Positions 7,328 through 16,087 are shown, counted from the stretch's first letter. The stretch: 41,043 bases of DNA from an uncultured Candidatus Saccharibacteria bacterium (GCA_964362215.1 CAYIDJ010000004.1:1-41043); one strand, 5' to 3'. A program made the numbers and translations. Notes: a model not told the origin generated them from the letters alone.

Positions 7328-8761
7328 TTATTTTAGTGGGGGGCGGAGGGAGTGGTAGTAGCGGATGATAATGAGAACGAGGGCGAGGTAGTAAAGGAAA
7401 GCCAAGAGAAGGCCGAGGCGGCCAAATTCACTGGAGAGGCGGCCAAAAGATAAAGAGGAGAAAAACTCAATGACGCCAATCTGGTAAGTTAAAATGAGGT
7501 TAGCGGGAAGGGAAATAAATTCGGTCAGCAGATTGCCGGCAGAGCCAAAAATGCCGGCGGCGGCAAGCAATCCTCCAAAAAACATGGTATAAGGAACAGT
7601 TCCCAAAACCAAAAGATTGGATAGGATAGACAGGACGGAAACGGAGTGGAAGTAATAAAACAAGAGAGGAGCGACGGCCAGCTGGGCGGAGATGGTGGTC
7701 AATAAGTGGCCGCGCCAATTAAAAAAAGAGTTACTGGTTTTTTCATCCCAGCCGAGAAGTTCGGAGAGAGCGGGCATAAGGTAAACAATACCGAGAAGAG
7801 CGAGAAAAGACAGTTCAAAGCCGACACTAAAGAAGGCGGAGGGGTCGGCGATAAGCATCAGCAGGGCGGAAACAGCGATGGCGTTGCGCACCGAGTAGAG
7901 GCGGCCGTAAGCGAGAGCGAGAAGAGCGATGCCGCCCATAACGGCGGCGCGAACAATGGACGGTTCGGGACCGACCATAATGACGAAAAAGACAATGGCG
8001 GTAAAGGTGGCGATAAAAGTCAGGCGGCGGGAGAGCCAGGCGCCGAGAGCGGCGCCAAAGGCAGAAATAAGAATAGTAATGTTGTAGCCGGAGAGAGCCA
8101 CCAGGTGAGTGGTGCCGCTGGTGGCGAGAGAGTCGCGAAAGGCGGGAGTGAAGCCGGAGCGGTCGCCTAAGACAAGGCCGGAGAGAAGAGCGGCGGGAGC
8201 GGGCGGCAGGGCGCGGCGGAAAGAATCAATGATGTTTTGCCGGAGGCGGGAGAGAAGATTAAGAAAGCCGCGCGGATGTTCCAGTATGGAGACGGACGGC
8301 CAGCGGATAAGAGGGCGGCCGGAAGGCGAGATAAAGAGAACGCCGGTGACGGAAAGGCGGTCGCCGCGGGTTAGGTTCTCGGTTTGATTAACATAAACAG
8401 AAACCAGGCCGCGGTAAGGAGAGTTAAGACGCAAAAGAAAGGACTCAGAACGTTCATAAGAAAGTGTACCGCCGACGACTGTGCCGGTGAGGGAAATAGG
8501 AATACCGGCGGTAGGAAGATTTTCTTTATTTAAATCTGAAATTGCGAAGGAATAGCCGTAGCCGACAAGAGAGAGGAGGGTAAGGCCGGCCAGCCAAAGG
8601 CGGCGAGAAGAAAAATCAGAGAGGAGAGCGGCCAGAAACGCGGCAGAGAATAAGATGAAAGCGGCGGCAATGAAGACGGCGGGGCGGAGAGGAACGGCGG
8701 CGGCAATAATACCAGCGGTTAAAAACAATATCCCCCAGAAAGCTTTGTCGTAGAGAGGCAC
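7328..8761 (-). CDS. comEC: ComEC/Rec2 DNA-uptake channel protein (OB/DUF4131 plus competence TM domain, no MBL domain)
   Basis: 477-aa polytopic membrane ORF with GTG start. GDRLSVTG..., LLSGLVLGDRSG and TTHLVALSGYNI are typical of the Competence domain. Confidence 0.8.
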   Translation of the reverse strand: MPLYDKAFWGILFLTAGIIAAAVPLRPAVFIAAAFILFSAAFLAALLSDFSSRRLWLAGLTLLSLVGYGYSFAISDLNKENLPTAGIPISLTGTVVGGTLSYERSESFLLRLNSPYRGLVSVYVNQTENLTRGDRLSVTGVLFISPSGRPLIRWPSVSILEHPRGFLNLLSRLRQNIIDSFRRALPPAPAALLSGLVLGDRSGFTPAFRDSLATSGTTHLVALSGYNITILISAFGAALGAWLSRRLTFIATFTAIVFFVIMVGPEPSIVRAAVMGGIALLALAYGRLYSVRNAIAVSALLMLIADPSAFFSVGFELSFLALLGIVYLMPALSELLGWDEKTSNSFFNWRGHLLTTISAQLAVAPLLFYYFHSVSVLSILSNLLVLGTVPYTMFFGGLLAAAGIFGSAGNLLTEFISLPANLILTYQIGVIEFFSSLSFGRLSSEFGRLGLLLAFLYYLALVLIIIRYYHSLRPPLK

Positions 8762-8764
8762 AAA

Positions 8765-9367
8765 TCAGACGCCGGAGGGGTGGCGGAGGAGAAGCGCCGT
8801 TTTGGCGATGATTTTAAGGTCAAGCCGCAGTGACTTGTGGCGGGCGTAGTAGGCGTCGTATTCCAGCACTTTAGCGTAAGAAAGATTCCAAGAACCGTTA
8901 ATTTGGGAGAGGCCGGTGATGCCAGCTTTTTCGTAGCGGAGGAATTGGTAAGCGGGCGGATAGCTGGCGATTTCTTCCGGTTCGTAGGGGCGGGGGCCGA
9001 CGAGAGAAATGTCGCCGCGAAGAACATTCCAGAGTTGGGGTAGTTCGTCCAGCCAATACTGGCGCAGGACGCGGCCGACGCGGGTAACGCGCGGGTCGCG
9101 GCTGATTTTGAAGAAGGGACTGCCGCGGCGTTCGTTTAGGTGGAGAAGAGAGGACTTCTCCGTTTCGGCGCTGGCTCTCATAGTGCGGAATTTAAAAATA
9201 GTGATGACGCGGCCGGCGGAAACGCGACGGGCGCGAAAAAAAACAGGACCGGGACTATCCAGTTTAACAGCCAGAGTTATAAAAGGGAGGCAGATACCCA
9301 AAAAAATAAGGCCGACCGCGGAAACAATGATGTCCACTCCCCTTTTGGCGGCCGCGTACATGTACAT
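8765..9367 (-). CDS. polyprenyl-phosphate sugar phosphotransferase (bacterial sugar transferase family)
   Basis: KRGVDIIVS.., FKFRTM, DELPQLWNVLRGDISLVGPRP motifs. ATG 9367 or 9361 is preferred over the track's GTG at 9376. Confidence 0.88.
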   Translation of the reverse strand: MYMYAAAKRGVDIIVSAVGLIFLGICLPFITLAVKLDSPGPVFFRARRVSAGRVITIFKFRTMRASAETEKSSLLHLNERRGSPFFKISRDPRVTRVGRVLRQYWLDELPQLWNVLRGDISLVGPRPYEPEEIASYPPAYQFLRYEKAGITGLSQINGSWNLSYAKVLEYDAYYARHKSLRLDLKIIAKTALLLRHPSGV

Positions 9368-9378
9368 ACTTGCCACTT

Positions 9379-9400
9379 ATTATAACAGAAGTGCTATACT
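9379..9400. promoter_or_regulatory. back-to-back extended -10 elements for the divergent glycosylation genes
   Basis: Minus strand: TGT-TATAAT (9387-9379), 11 nt before ATG 9367. Plus strand: TGC-TATACT (9392-9400), 7 nt before ATG 9408. Confidence 0.4.
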
Positions 9401-9407
9401 GGTGGCT

Positions 9408-10523
9408 ATGAAGATGGCGCTGGTTTACGATTATTTGAATCAGTACGGCGGCGGCGAGCGAGTTTTGCGCACACTGATGGATATGTTTCCGGAGGCGCCG
9501 ATTTACACGCTTTTTCACGACGAGGAAGGAACGTGGAAGCAGTTTCCCCGCGAGCGGATAGCGGGAACAAGTTGGCTTGATCGGAAGATAGTCGCCCGCT
9601 ACCACCGCGCTTTTATACCGTTTTTTCCGCGAGCGGCGGAGTCAATTGATTTAGGGGACCGTTATGATTTGATTGTGACGGTCGGCGCGGGATACGCCAA
9701 GGGAGTATCCTATCGTAGCGGCTACCATCTGGATTATTGTTTTACGCCGATAAGGTACGCGTGGGAACCGGCAACTTATCTGCCGAGCAAGTTCGGGCGA
9801 GTGAGGGGGGCAATGATGAGAGCGGCGGGAGCGCCGGTGCTGCGGTATTTAAAAAAATGGGACTGGCGGGCGGGACAGAGGCCGAATAAGATAATGGCCA
9901 TTTCCGAATATATTGCCGGACGAGTGCGAGAATGCTGGGGACGGGAGGCATCAGTGCTTTATCCGCCTGTTGACAAGACTGTGTTTTTTATGGAACTGCC
10001 CTCAAAATACCGGCAGTATTATTTGGCTGTCGGAAGGTTTTTACATTACAAAAAGTTTGATTTGGTGATAAGCGCGTTTAATGAGCTGAAACTGCCGCTT
10101 AAGGTGGTGGGGCGGGGGCCGGAGTTTTTTAGATTAGCCGCGTTGAATACTTCGCCCTTTACTTCGTTTATAACCGCCCCGATGTCGGACGAAGAGATGC
10201 GAGGATTATACAACAACGCCGTGGCGCTTATATTTCCGCAGGTGGAAGATTTTGGTTTGGTGGCGGCGGAAGCGATTGCCTGCGGCACGCCGGTGGTAGC
10301 TTACCGGTGGGGGGGCGGGGCGGCGGAAATAGTCAGAGACGGTGAGAATGGCATTTTAATGGATAATCAAAGTTCAGAGGCGATTATTGAGGCAGTGAGG
10401 CGATTAGCGACAAGCAGACGCTTTGACGCGTCTAAGGTGGAGGCGACAGCGGTAAGATTCTCGCTGGAAAATTTTAAGAATTCACTGCGAGAGGAGATTG
10501 GGAAGATAAGTTTAGGCACATAA
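9408..10523 (+). CDS. glycosyltransferase family 4 (GT-B, group 1)
   Basis: In-frame ATG 9408 (MKMALVYDYLNQYGGGERV..). C-terminal EDFGLVAAEAIACGTPVV..G..E is the GT4 EX7E-type region. The track's 5' extension to 9009 overlaps the opposite-strand gene. Confidence 0.85.
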   Translation: MKMALVYDYLNQYGGGERVLRTLMDMFPEAPIYTLFHDEEGTWKQFPRERIAGTSWLDRKIVARYHRAFIPFFPRAAESIDLGDRYDLIVTVGAGYAKGVSYRSGYHLDYCFTPIRYAWEPATYLPSKFGRVRGAMMRAAGAPVLRYLKKWDWRAGQRPNKIMAISEYIAGRVRECWGREASVLYPPVDKTVFFMELPSKYRQYYLAVGRFLHYKKFDLVISAFNELKLPLKVVGRGPEFFRLAALNTSPFTSFITAPMSDEEMRGLYNNAVALIFPQVEDFGLVAAEAIACGTPVVAYRWGGGAAEIVRDGENGILMDNQSSEAIIEAVRRLATSRRFDASKVEATAVRFSLENFKNSLREEIGKISLGT

Positions 10524-10569
10524 AAGCCCCGATATAAAGTCGGGGAGCGGTATCATTAATACCTCTCTG

Positions 10570-10603
10570 AAAAGCAAAACGCCCCGACCTAAGTCGGGGC
10601 GTT
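10570..10603 (-). terminator. intrinsic terminator after the RRM gene (hairpin usable from both sides)
   Basis: AACGCCCCGAC-CTAA-GTCGGGGCGTT. On the minus strand it is followed by TTTTGCTTTT. Confidence 0.65.
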
Positions 10604-10648
10604 TGACGGCAGTTTAACCGTGCACCGGATTATTCCGGCAAGCGATTT

Positions 10649-10903
10649 TTACTCCCGAGACTTCAACGGACGAGCTTCATTAACTTTGAGAGAGCGGCCG
10701 TCCAAATCCTGGCCATCCCACATCTCAATAGCTTTTTGCCCTTCCTCGTCGGTGTTAAACTCGACGAAGCCGAAGCCGCGAGAGCGGCCAGTCATCTTGT
10801 CAACAACCACAGTGGCGGACTGAACATCTCCGGCCTTAGAAAAGGCGCCGCGGAGAGAATCATCCGTCGTGGTGTACGACAGATTGCCAACGTAAAGCTT
10901 CAT
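10649..10903 (-). CDS. RRM-type RNA-binding protein
   Basis: 84 aa with KLYVGNLSY (RNP2) and RGFGFVEF (RNP1). Confidence 0.9.
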   Translation of the reverse strand: MKLYVGNLSYTTTDDSLRGAFSKAGDVQSATVVVDKMTGRSRGFGFVEFNTDEEGQKAIEMWDGQDLDGRSLKVNEARPLKSRE

Positions 10904-11012
10904 AAATACAAAACTAATAGCGCGTAAGGCGACCTCTTACGGTCTTGTGGTCCTTACGCTTATTTAAGGCGAAAAGGGGAACCAACAACCGAAGAACACT
11001 TACTGCAGGGGA

Positions 11013-11041
11013 AGTATAACACAGCCGGTTAAGGAAAGCAA
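11013..11041 (-). promoter_or_regulatory. candidate promoter TTGCTT-17-TG-TATACT for the RRM gene
   Basis: On the minus strand: TTGCTT (11041-11036) and TGT-TATACT (11021-11013). This leaves a ~100-nt leader with stem GCGTAAGG/CCTTACGC. Confidence 0.35.
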
Positions 11042-11153
11042 GGAGAGGTACTGGTAGGGTACATCTGTGAATTAACAGGTGGTGGAGGGTGGTAGAAAAT
11101 GGAGCCAGAAGGCAAGGGTCTATATTTGAAAAGGAGGAAAAGGCGAATCGTAT

Positions 11154-13730
11154 TTATGCTCCGTGGCACTTTTTATATTTTTTGCCGGAGCCGCATGGGC
11201 AGGGGTCATTTCTACCTACAGCAGAGAATTGTTGGGGGTGGGAGTGGGTGGGAGAAGGAATTTTACTATTTCCTTCTTTTGATTCCTGAAGCGTCAGACG
11301 GAAAATGTTTTCAAAAAGCCAGGCGCGGAAGTTGATGAAAAGACGTTCAAAAAGATCGTGGCCTTCCTTGCGGTATTCCACCAGAGGGTCGTGCTGGCCA
11401 TAGGCGCGCAGGCGGACGGACTCGGCCAGCGCTTCCATATCTTCTAAATGATTCATCCAGAGCATATCAAAAATGCCGAGGAGGTGATTTTTGAGGTGAG
11501 GGTTGCCGGAGAGGGAGGTCAGGCGGCGGTCAAGGGCGGCAGAGAAAAAATCGGTAAGAGAAGAACGGCCGGCGGAGAGAGCGTTGCGAAAAGAGGCGGC
11601 TTCCTCCGTAGTTATTACTTTGGCGGTAGTAAGAAGATTCACAATTTCTTCGGCTTCGGCGGCGGAGACGGAACGGTTGGAAAGGCTGGCAGCGAAAGAG
11701 TCCAGGTGGCGGTTAAGTTCATCGCGCAGGAGGTTTAAGATATCGGTCTCGGGGAGAGTGAGTAGTTCCTGGCGATAGCGATAGGTGCGGAAGCGTTGTT
11801 TATTAAGTACGTCGTCGTATTCCAATAAGTGTTTACGAGAGTCAAAGTGAAGGCCCTCTATTTTTTCCTGCGCCTGGCGGACGGAACGGCTAACCATACT
11901 CATTTCAATCGACTCGTTTTCCGGGAAGTTAAATCTGGTAAGCAGACGCTGGATGCGCTCGCCGCCGAAAATGCGTAGGAGGTCGTCGTCTAAGGCCAGA
12001 CAAAACAAACTGGCGCCGGGGTCTCCCTGACGACCGGAGCGGCCGCGCAACTGGTCGTCAATACGGCGAGCCTCATGGCGTTCGGTGCCGAGAACAAGCA
12101 AGCCGCCGGCGGCTTTGACCGACTCATATTTATCTTGGTCAAAAGGAGCGCCACCCAAGATGATGTCAACGCCGCGGCCGGCCATGTTAGTGGCGACGGT
12201 AATGGCGCCCGGGCGACCGGCTTGGGCGATAATAGCGCCTTCATGTTCGTGGTTTTTGGCGTTTAAAATTTCATGCGGCAGGCCGACACGAGACAGAGCG
12301 GCGGAAACAAACTCATTTTGGGCGATGGAGGTGGTGCCGATAAGGACGGGCTGGCCAGCGGCATGAGCTTCTTTGACACGCTCTACGACGGCGCGCATTT
12401 TGGCGGCAGAGTCGCGATAGACGCGGTCAGGAAGGTCAAGACGGGCACTGGGACGATTAGGAGGCACAATAACCACTTCCATGCCGTAAACCTGCTCAAA
12501 CTCTTCGGCGGAGGTTAAGGCGGTGCCGGTCATACCGGAGAGCTTGGGATACATTTTAAAATAATTCTGAATGGAGATTTTGGCGTAGGTGCGCGATTCC
12601 TCTTTGACGGCCACACTTTCTTTAGCTTCAATGGCCTGGTGCAAACCGCCGGAATAACGGCGGCCGAGCATCAGCCGACCGGTGAATTCATCAACAATGA
12701 CAATGGCGCCATCTTTGACAACATAATCTTTATCAAGACGGAAGATAACGTGCGCGCGCAAACTTTCTTCCAAATAATGGACAAGTCGCAGATTTTCCGG
12801 AGCATAAAGGTTGTCAACGCCGATAGTCCTCTCCACCCGTTCAATACCTTCGTCGGTGATGGCGACGGAGCGCAATTTTTCATCCACGGTATAATCGCGT
12901 CCGGAGACGAGACCGGAAACAAGACGGGAGAAGTCGCGGTACCAGCGGCTAGATTCGGTATCAGGAGCGGAAATAATAAGCGGCGTGCGGGCTTCATCAA
13001 TCAGGATGGAGTCCACTTCATCAATGACGGCGAAGTGAGGAAGACGCTGGACTTGAGAAGCCGAGCTTTGTGTTAAGTTGTCGCGGAGGTAGTCAAAGCC
13101 GAATTCGTGATTGGTGCCATAGGTGATGTCGGCGGTGTAAGCATCAGCGCGGGAGACGGGACGAAGAAAATCCATATCTATTTTGAAACTGCCGGTTAGG
13201 TCGCGGGCGCGATCGTCGGCGGCGGGAGAAAAATTAGGGTCATAGAGGAAGGCGCGGCCGTCGGCGACCAGACAGCCGACGGAGAGCCCCAGCAGATAAT
13301 AAATCTGTCCCATCCAGACGGTGTCGCGGCGAGCCAGATATTCGTTGACGGTAACAACGTGAGCGCCGCGGCCGGTTAAGGCATTAAGGTAAACGGGAGC
13401 GGTGGAGGCAAGCGTCTTGCCTTCACCGGTAGCCATCTCCGCGACTTTCCCCCGATGGAGAACAATGCCGCCAAGCATTTGAACGTCAAAATGGCGCTGG
13501 CCGAGCGTGCGGCGCGCCGCTTCGCGAACAATAGCAAAGGCGTCAGGAAGAAGATCATCCAAAGTGGTCTCGGCAGAAAGACGCCGTTTGAAACTGGCGG
13601 TAACTTCCGGAAAAGAAGAATCGGATAAATCCTTAGCCCAAGATTCGCGGGCGTTTATTTTGGCCACTTCGGCAAGCAACGGATGGACAGGGTTAAAAAG
13701 CCGCCGAGTGAGTGAGTTAATAAAAGACAT
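11154..13730 (-). CDS. secA: preprotein translocase ATPase SecA
   Basis: MATGEGKTL Walker A, DEVDSILIDEARTPLIIS, TNMAGRGVDI, and a C-terminal zinc motif CPCGSGKKYKKCHG. ATG 13730 is preferred over the TTG at 13739. Confidence 0.97.
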   Translation of the reverse strand: MSFINSLTRRLFNPVHPLLAEVAKINARESWAKDLSDSSFPEVTASFKRRLSAETTLDDLLPDAFAIVREAARRTLGQRHFDVQMLGGIVLHRGKVAEMATGEGKTLASTAPVYLNALTGRGAHVVTVNEYLARRDTVWMGQIYYLLGLSVGCLVADGRAFLYDPNFSPAADDRARDLTGSFKIDMDFLRPVSRADAYTADITYGTNHEFGFDYLRDNLTQSSASQVQRLPHFAVIDEVDSILIDEARTPLIISAPDTESSRWYRDFSRLVSGLVSGRDYTVDEKLRSVAITDEGIERVERTIGVDNLYAPENLRLVHYLEESLRAHVIFRLDKDYVVKDGAIVIVDEFTGRLMLGRRYSGGLHQAIEAKESVAVKEESRTYAKISIQNYFKMYPKLSGMTGTALTSAEEFEQVYGMEVVIVPPNRPSARLDLPDRVYRDSAAKMRAVVERVKEAHAAGQPVLIGTTSIAQNEFVSAALSRVGLPHEILNAKNHEHEGAIIAQAGRPGAITVATNMAGRGVDIILGGAPFDQDKYESVKAAGGLLVLGTERHEARRIDDQLRGRSGRQGDPGASLFCLALDDDLLRIFGGERIQRLLTRFNFPENESIEMSMVSRSVRQAQEKIEGLHFDSRKHLLEYDDVLNKQRFRTYRYRQELLTLPETDILNLLRDELNRHLDSFAASLSNRSVSAAEAEEIVNLLTTAKVITTEEAASFRNALSAGRSSLTDFFSAALDRRLTSLSGNPHLKNHLLGIFDMLWMNHLEDMEALAESVRLRAYGQHDPLVEYRKEGHDLFERLFINFRAWLFENIFRLTLQESKEGNSKIPSPTHSHPQQFSAVGRNDPCPCGSGKKYKKCHGA

Positions 13731-13751
13731 TAAAGTCAAGAAAAACCGGAA

Positions 13752-14060
13752 TTACGAATGGAGAAGACGAGCCAGCTCCCGTTTGAGAGTGTTTCTTACC
13801 ATATTAATGGCGCGGTAAAGGTCTTCGGCTGATTCCTCGGCGCGGATGAGGCGGCCGCTAAGATGAAGGTTTACCTCCGCATAGAAAACCTCTCCTTTGC
13901 GGTGGTGGCGGGTGGTACGAGCTAATTCAATGTCCATAGAGACGGCGCCGAGAGATTCAAACCGGCGGGTTAAACGGCTGATAAAACCAAACTGTTTGGC
14001 AACATAATCGCTAATAGCGTCAGTCAGCGTCAGATTTTTGGTCTGGATATTGACGGTCAT
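13752..14060 (-). CDS. hpf: ribosome hibernation promoting factor / RaiA family (short form)
   Basis: MTVNIQTKNLTLTDAISDYV...YAEVNLHLSG..IRAEESAEDLYRAI matches the S30AE/sigma-54 modulation protein family. ATG 14060 is preferred over 14111. Confidence 0.85.
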   Translation of the reverse strand: MTVNIQTKNLTLTDAISDYVAKQFGFISRLTRRFESLGAVSMDIELARTTRHHRKGEVFYAEVNLHLSGRLIRAEESAEDLYRAINMVRNTLKRELARLLHS

Positions 14061-14178
14061 CAACTTTAATACACTTTTTTTAAGAAATGGATTACAGGAG
14101 AAGTCACGCATATGTTAGCACATAAAAACCGTTCCGACCAGTGGCCGGAGCGGTTTTTAATGAAAAGCTTTAAAAAGC

Positions 14179-14280
14179 TTATCGGCGGCGAGAGCGTTTC
14201 TTGGTTGACTTCTTCGTTTTCTTTGCCTTACTTGACCGCTTCGTCTTCTTGGCTGCTTTCCGCCGTTTCTTGGCTGCCAT
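14179..14280 (-). CDS. possible 33-aa Lys/Arg-rich peptide MAAKKRRKAAKKTKRSSKAKKTKKSTKKRSRRR
   Basis: ATG-to-TAA ORF below the track cutoff. A hairpin (about 14128-14152) plus T-run follows downstream on the minus strand. No SD. Confidence 0.3.
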   Translation of the reverse strand: MAAKKRRKAAKKTKRSSKAKKTKKSTKKRSRRR

Positions 14281-14555
14281 ATGCTTGAAGAATAACTTAC
14301 TTATAATATCCGACTGAGTGAAGTGACGAGCAGCACTCATCGAATAACATGGGGAAATTTTTACAATGAAAAAAACTTCCGCGTTAAACTTTTAACAGAA
14401 AAGCTTAACTTAGTTTAATTTTAGAACAAATTGGAAATAAAATGTACTGTGGAAAACTTTTGGACATAAAAATTTTTGGAAAAATTTCAAAAAATGTTGA
14501 CGCGAAAATTATTTTTATTTGTTTCTGATTGTAATCTTGGCAGAAAAACAAATTA

Positions 14556-14590
14556 AAAACAATCCGTTTTTGGGCGGATTGTTTTTTATA
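14556..14590. terminator. bidirectional intrinsic terminator after rplL
   Basis: AAAAACAATCCG-TTTTTGGG-CGGATTGTTTTTT, with A/T runs on both sides. Confidence 0.7.
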
Positions 14591-14610
14591 AATAGAGAAG
14601 TAGGCTATTA

Positions 14611-15036
14611 CTATTTTAACTCGGCGGAAGCTCCAGCCGCTTCCAGTTTCTTTTTCAGCTCTTCTGCTTCTTCTTTCTTTAATCCTTCTTTAATGATTTT
14701 GGGGGCGCCATCCACCATATCTTTGGCTTCTTTAAGTCCCAGTCCGGTAACTTCGCGCACTACTTTAATAACGTTTATTTTTTGCTCACCGGCGGATTTA
14801 AGCTCTACATTAAAAGAGTCCTTTTCTTCAGCGGCGGCGACGTCGGCGCCATTACCGGCGGCGGCAACGGCGGAGGCGGAAACACCAAATTTTCTTTCCA
14901 GAGTTTTTATCAGTTCGGAAAGCTCTAAAACGGAAAATTTTTCCAACTTGTCCACGATGTCCTTGAATTTGGGATCAACGGCCGCGGATTCTTGTTCAGC
15001 GGAATCGGCGACGGGGTTTTTTGTTTCTTTACTCAT
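14611..15036 (-). CDS. rplL: 50S ribosomal protein L7/L12
   Basis: 141 aa with an Ala-rich hinge and C-terminal domain [39 protein letters not shown]. Confidence 0.96.
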   Translation of the reverse strand: MSKETKNPVADSAEQESAAVDPKFKDIVDKLEKFSVLELSELIKTLERKFGVSASAVAAAGNGADVAAAEEKDSFNVELKSAGEQKINVIKVVREVTGLGLKEAKDMVDGAPKIIKEGLKKEEAEELKKKLEAAGASAELK

Positions 15037-15104
15037 AAGTTAAGTTAAAAGCTAAAAGTCTATAAAGTCCATAAAGAAAACCTTAAAGACTTGTTTAATT
15101 TTAA

Positions 15105-15605
15105 TTAAGCGGCAGCTTCCAGTTTGGCGGCGCGCTCTTTAAGCACAAGCATAAACATCTTAAGGGGCGCCGCAATCATGCCGACCAACTGACTGAGAAG
15201 AATGTTGCGGCTGGGAAGGCGGCTGATTTCATCCACAAACGACTTTGACAGGACAGAACTTGCGGCCAGGTCATAACCGCCGAGAACGGCGAATTTTTCT
15301 TGAGCGCGGGCAAATTTAAAAACCGGACCAACGATATCAGTAAGTGTCAGCGGAGAAAACACCACGCCTAATTGAGAGGGAAAATCTTCCGGATTAACGG
15401 CAATCCTCTTGGCCGCAAAGGCAAGGCGAAGGAGGCGCTTTTTGGAAACCTTAAATTCGGAATCAAAACTTTTCAGTATCTGGCGAAAAAGAGTGATGTC
15501 ACGAGCGGGAACGCCGGAGAAGTCCGCGAAGAGGAGAGTGCGGAACTTATCAAGACGAGCGAGCTGTTCGGAAAGTTCCTGTTCTTTTTGTTGTCGGGAT
15601 TTCAT
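15105..15605 (-). CDS. rplJ: 50S ribosomal protein L10
   Basis: 166 aa immediately upstream of rplL, with an L10-like N-terminus (KSRQQKEQELSEQLARLDKFRTLLFADFSGV). Confidence 0.9.
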   Translation of the reverse strand: MKSRQQKEQELSEQLARLDKFRTLLFADFSGVPARDITLFRQILKSFDSEFKVSKKRLLRLAFAAKRIAVNPEDFPSQLGVVFSPLTLTDIVGPVFKFARAQEKFAVLGGYDLAASSVLSKSFVDEISRLPSRNILLSQLVGMIAAPLKMFMLVLKERAAKLEAAA

Positions 15606-15749
15606 AACAAATTAAATCCTAAATCCTAAACAAATTCAAAACTCAAAAGTTATAAATTCAAAATAAAATTTAGGAAGAAGGGTGAGGGGTTATTTATTTT
15701 TAGCTGCGATAGGAATCGCAGAGAAATAAATAAAAACGACCTTTATAGG

Positions 15750-15831
15750 CCGCAGATGGATACGAACGCTTTAAAAGCGAGTAGTCCTCGGCAGGAGATT
15801 AAGCCCTTATTTGGACACCTGCTGTCTGCGG
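15750..15831 (-). promoter_or_regulatory. structured 5' leader element of rplJL (candidate L10-leader analogue)
   Basis: Closing helix CCGCAGA/TCTGCGG encloses hairpins CGCTTT..AAGCG and GGCAGG..CCTGCT. It starts ~6 nt after the predicted TSS. A second long hairpin lies at 15699-15745. Confidence 0.35.
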
Positions 15832-15843
15832 ATTATGTTTAAG

Positions 15844-15872
15844 ATGATAGCAAAGCAGAAAAAGAATGTCAA
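15844..15872 (-). promoter_or_regulatory. candidate rplJL promoter TTGACA-17-TATCAT
   Basis: On the minus strand: TTGACA (15872-15867), 17 nt, TATCAT (15849-15844). Confidence 0.5.
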
Positions 15873-16020
15873 TAAGTTACCAGAAAAGTGAGTACAGTGT
15901 GTATTTGTTGGCGCAAAAAGAGCGGTTACTACAATATTATCCCGATCGGAACATATTGTAGTAGAGTAGTTTTGGAAAGTGAATCTCCATGGGCTTCCGC
16001 CCGTAGTTTTTACTAGATAA

Positions 16021-16051
16021 TAAAAAATCCCTTAGAGGGTATCCAAGGGAT
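16021..16051 (-). terminator. intrinsic terminator after ORF 16088-16738
   Basis: On the minus strand: ATCCCTT-11 nt-AAGGGAT followed by TTTTTT. Confidence 0.55.
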
Positions 16052-16087
16052 AAAGAGATAGGGATAAAGAGATAAAGTAAAAAAGAG

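Noticed and set aside
9009-9407. 5' extension of the glycosyltransferase ORF (track start 9009)
   Set aside because: The extension overlaps the opposite-strand sugar transferase gene and translates to Arg/Ser-rich junk. The GT4-like sequence begins at the in-frame ATG 9408.
16047-16074. Tandem direct repeat GGGATAAAGAGATA x2
   Set aside because: Only two short copies lie in the 3' region next to a terminator. This is too small to call a functional repeat.
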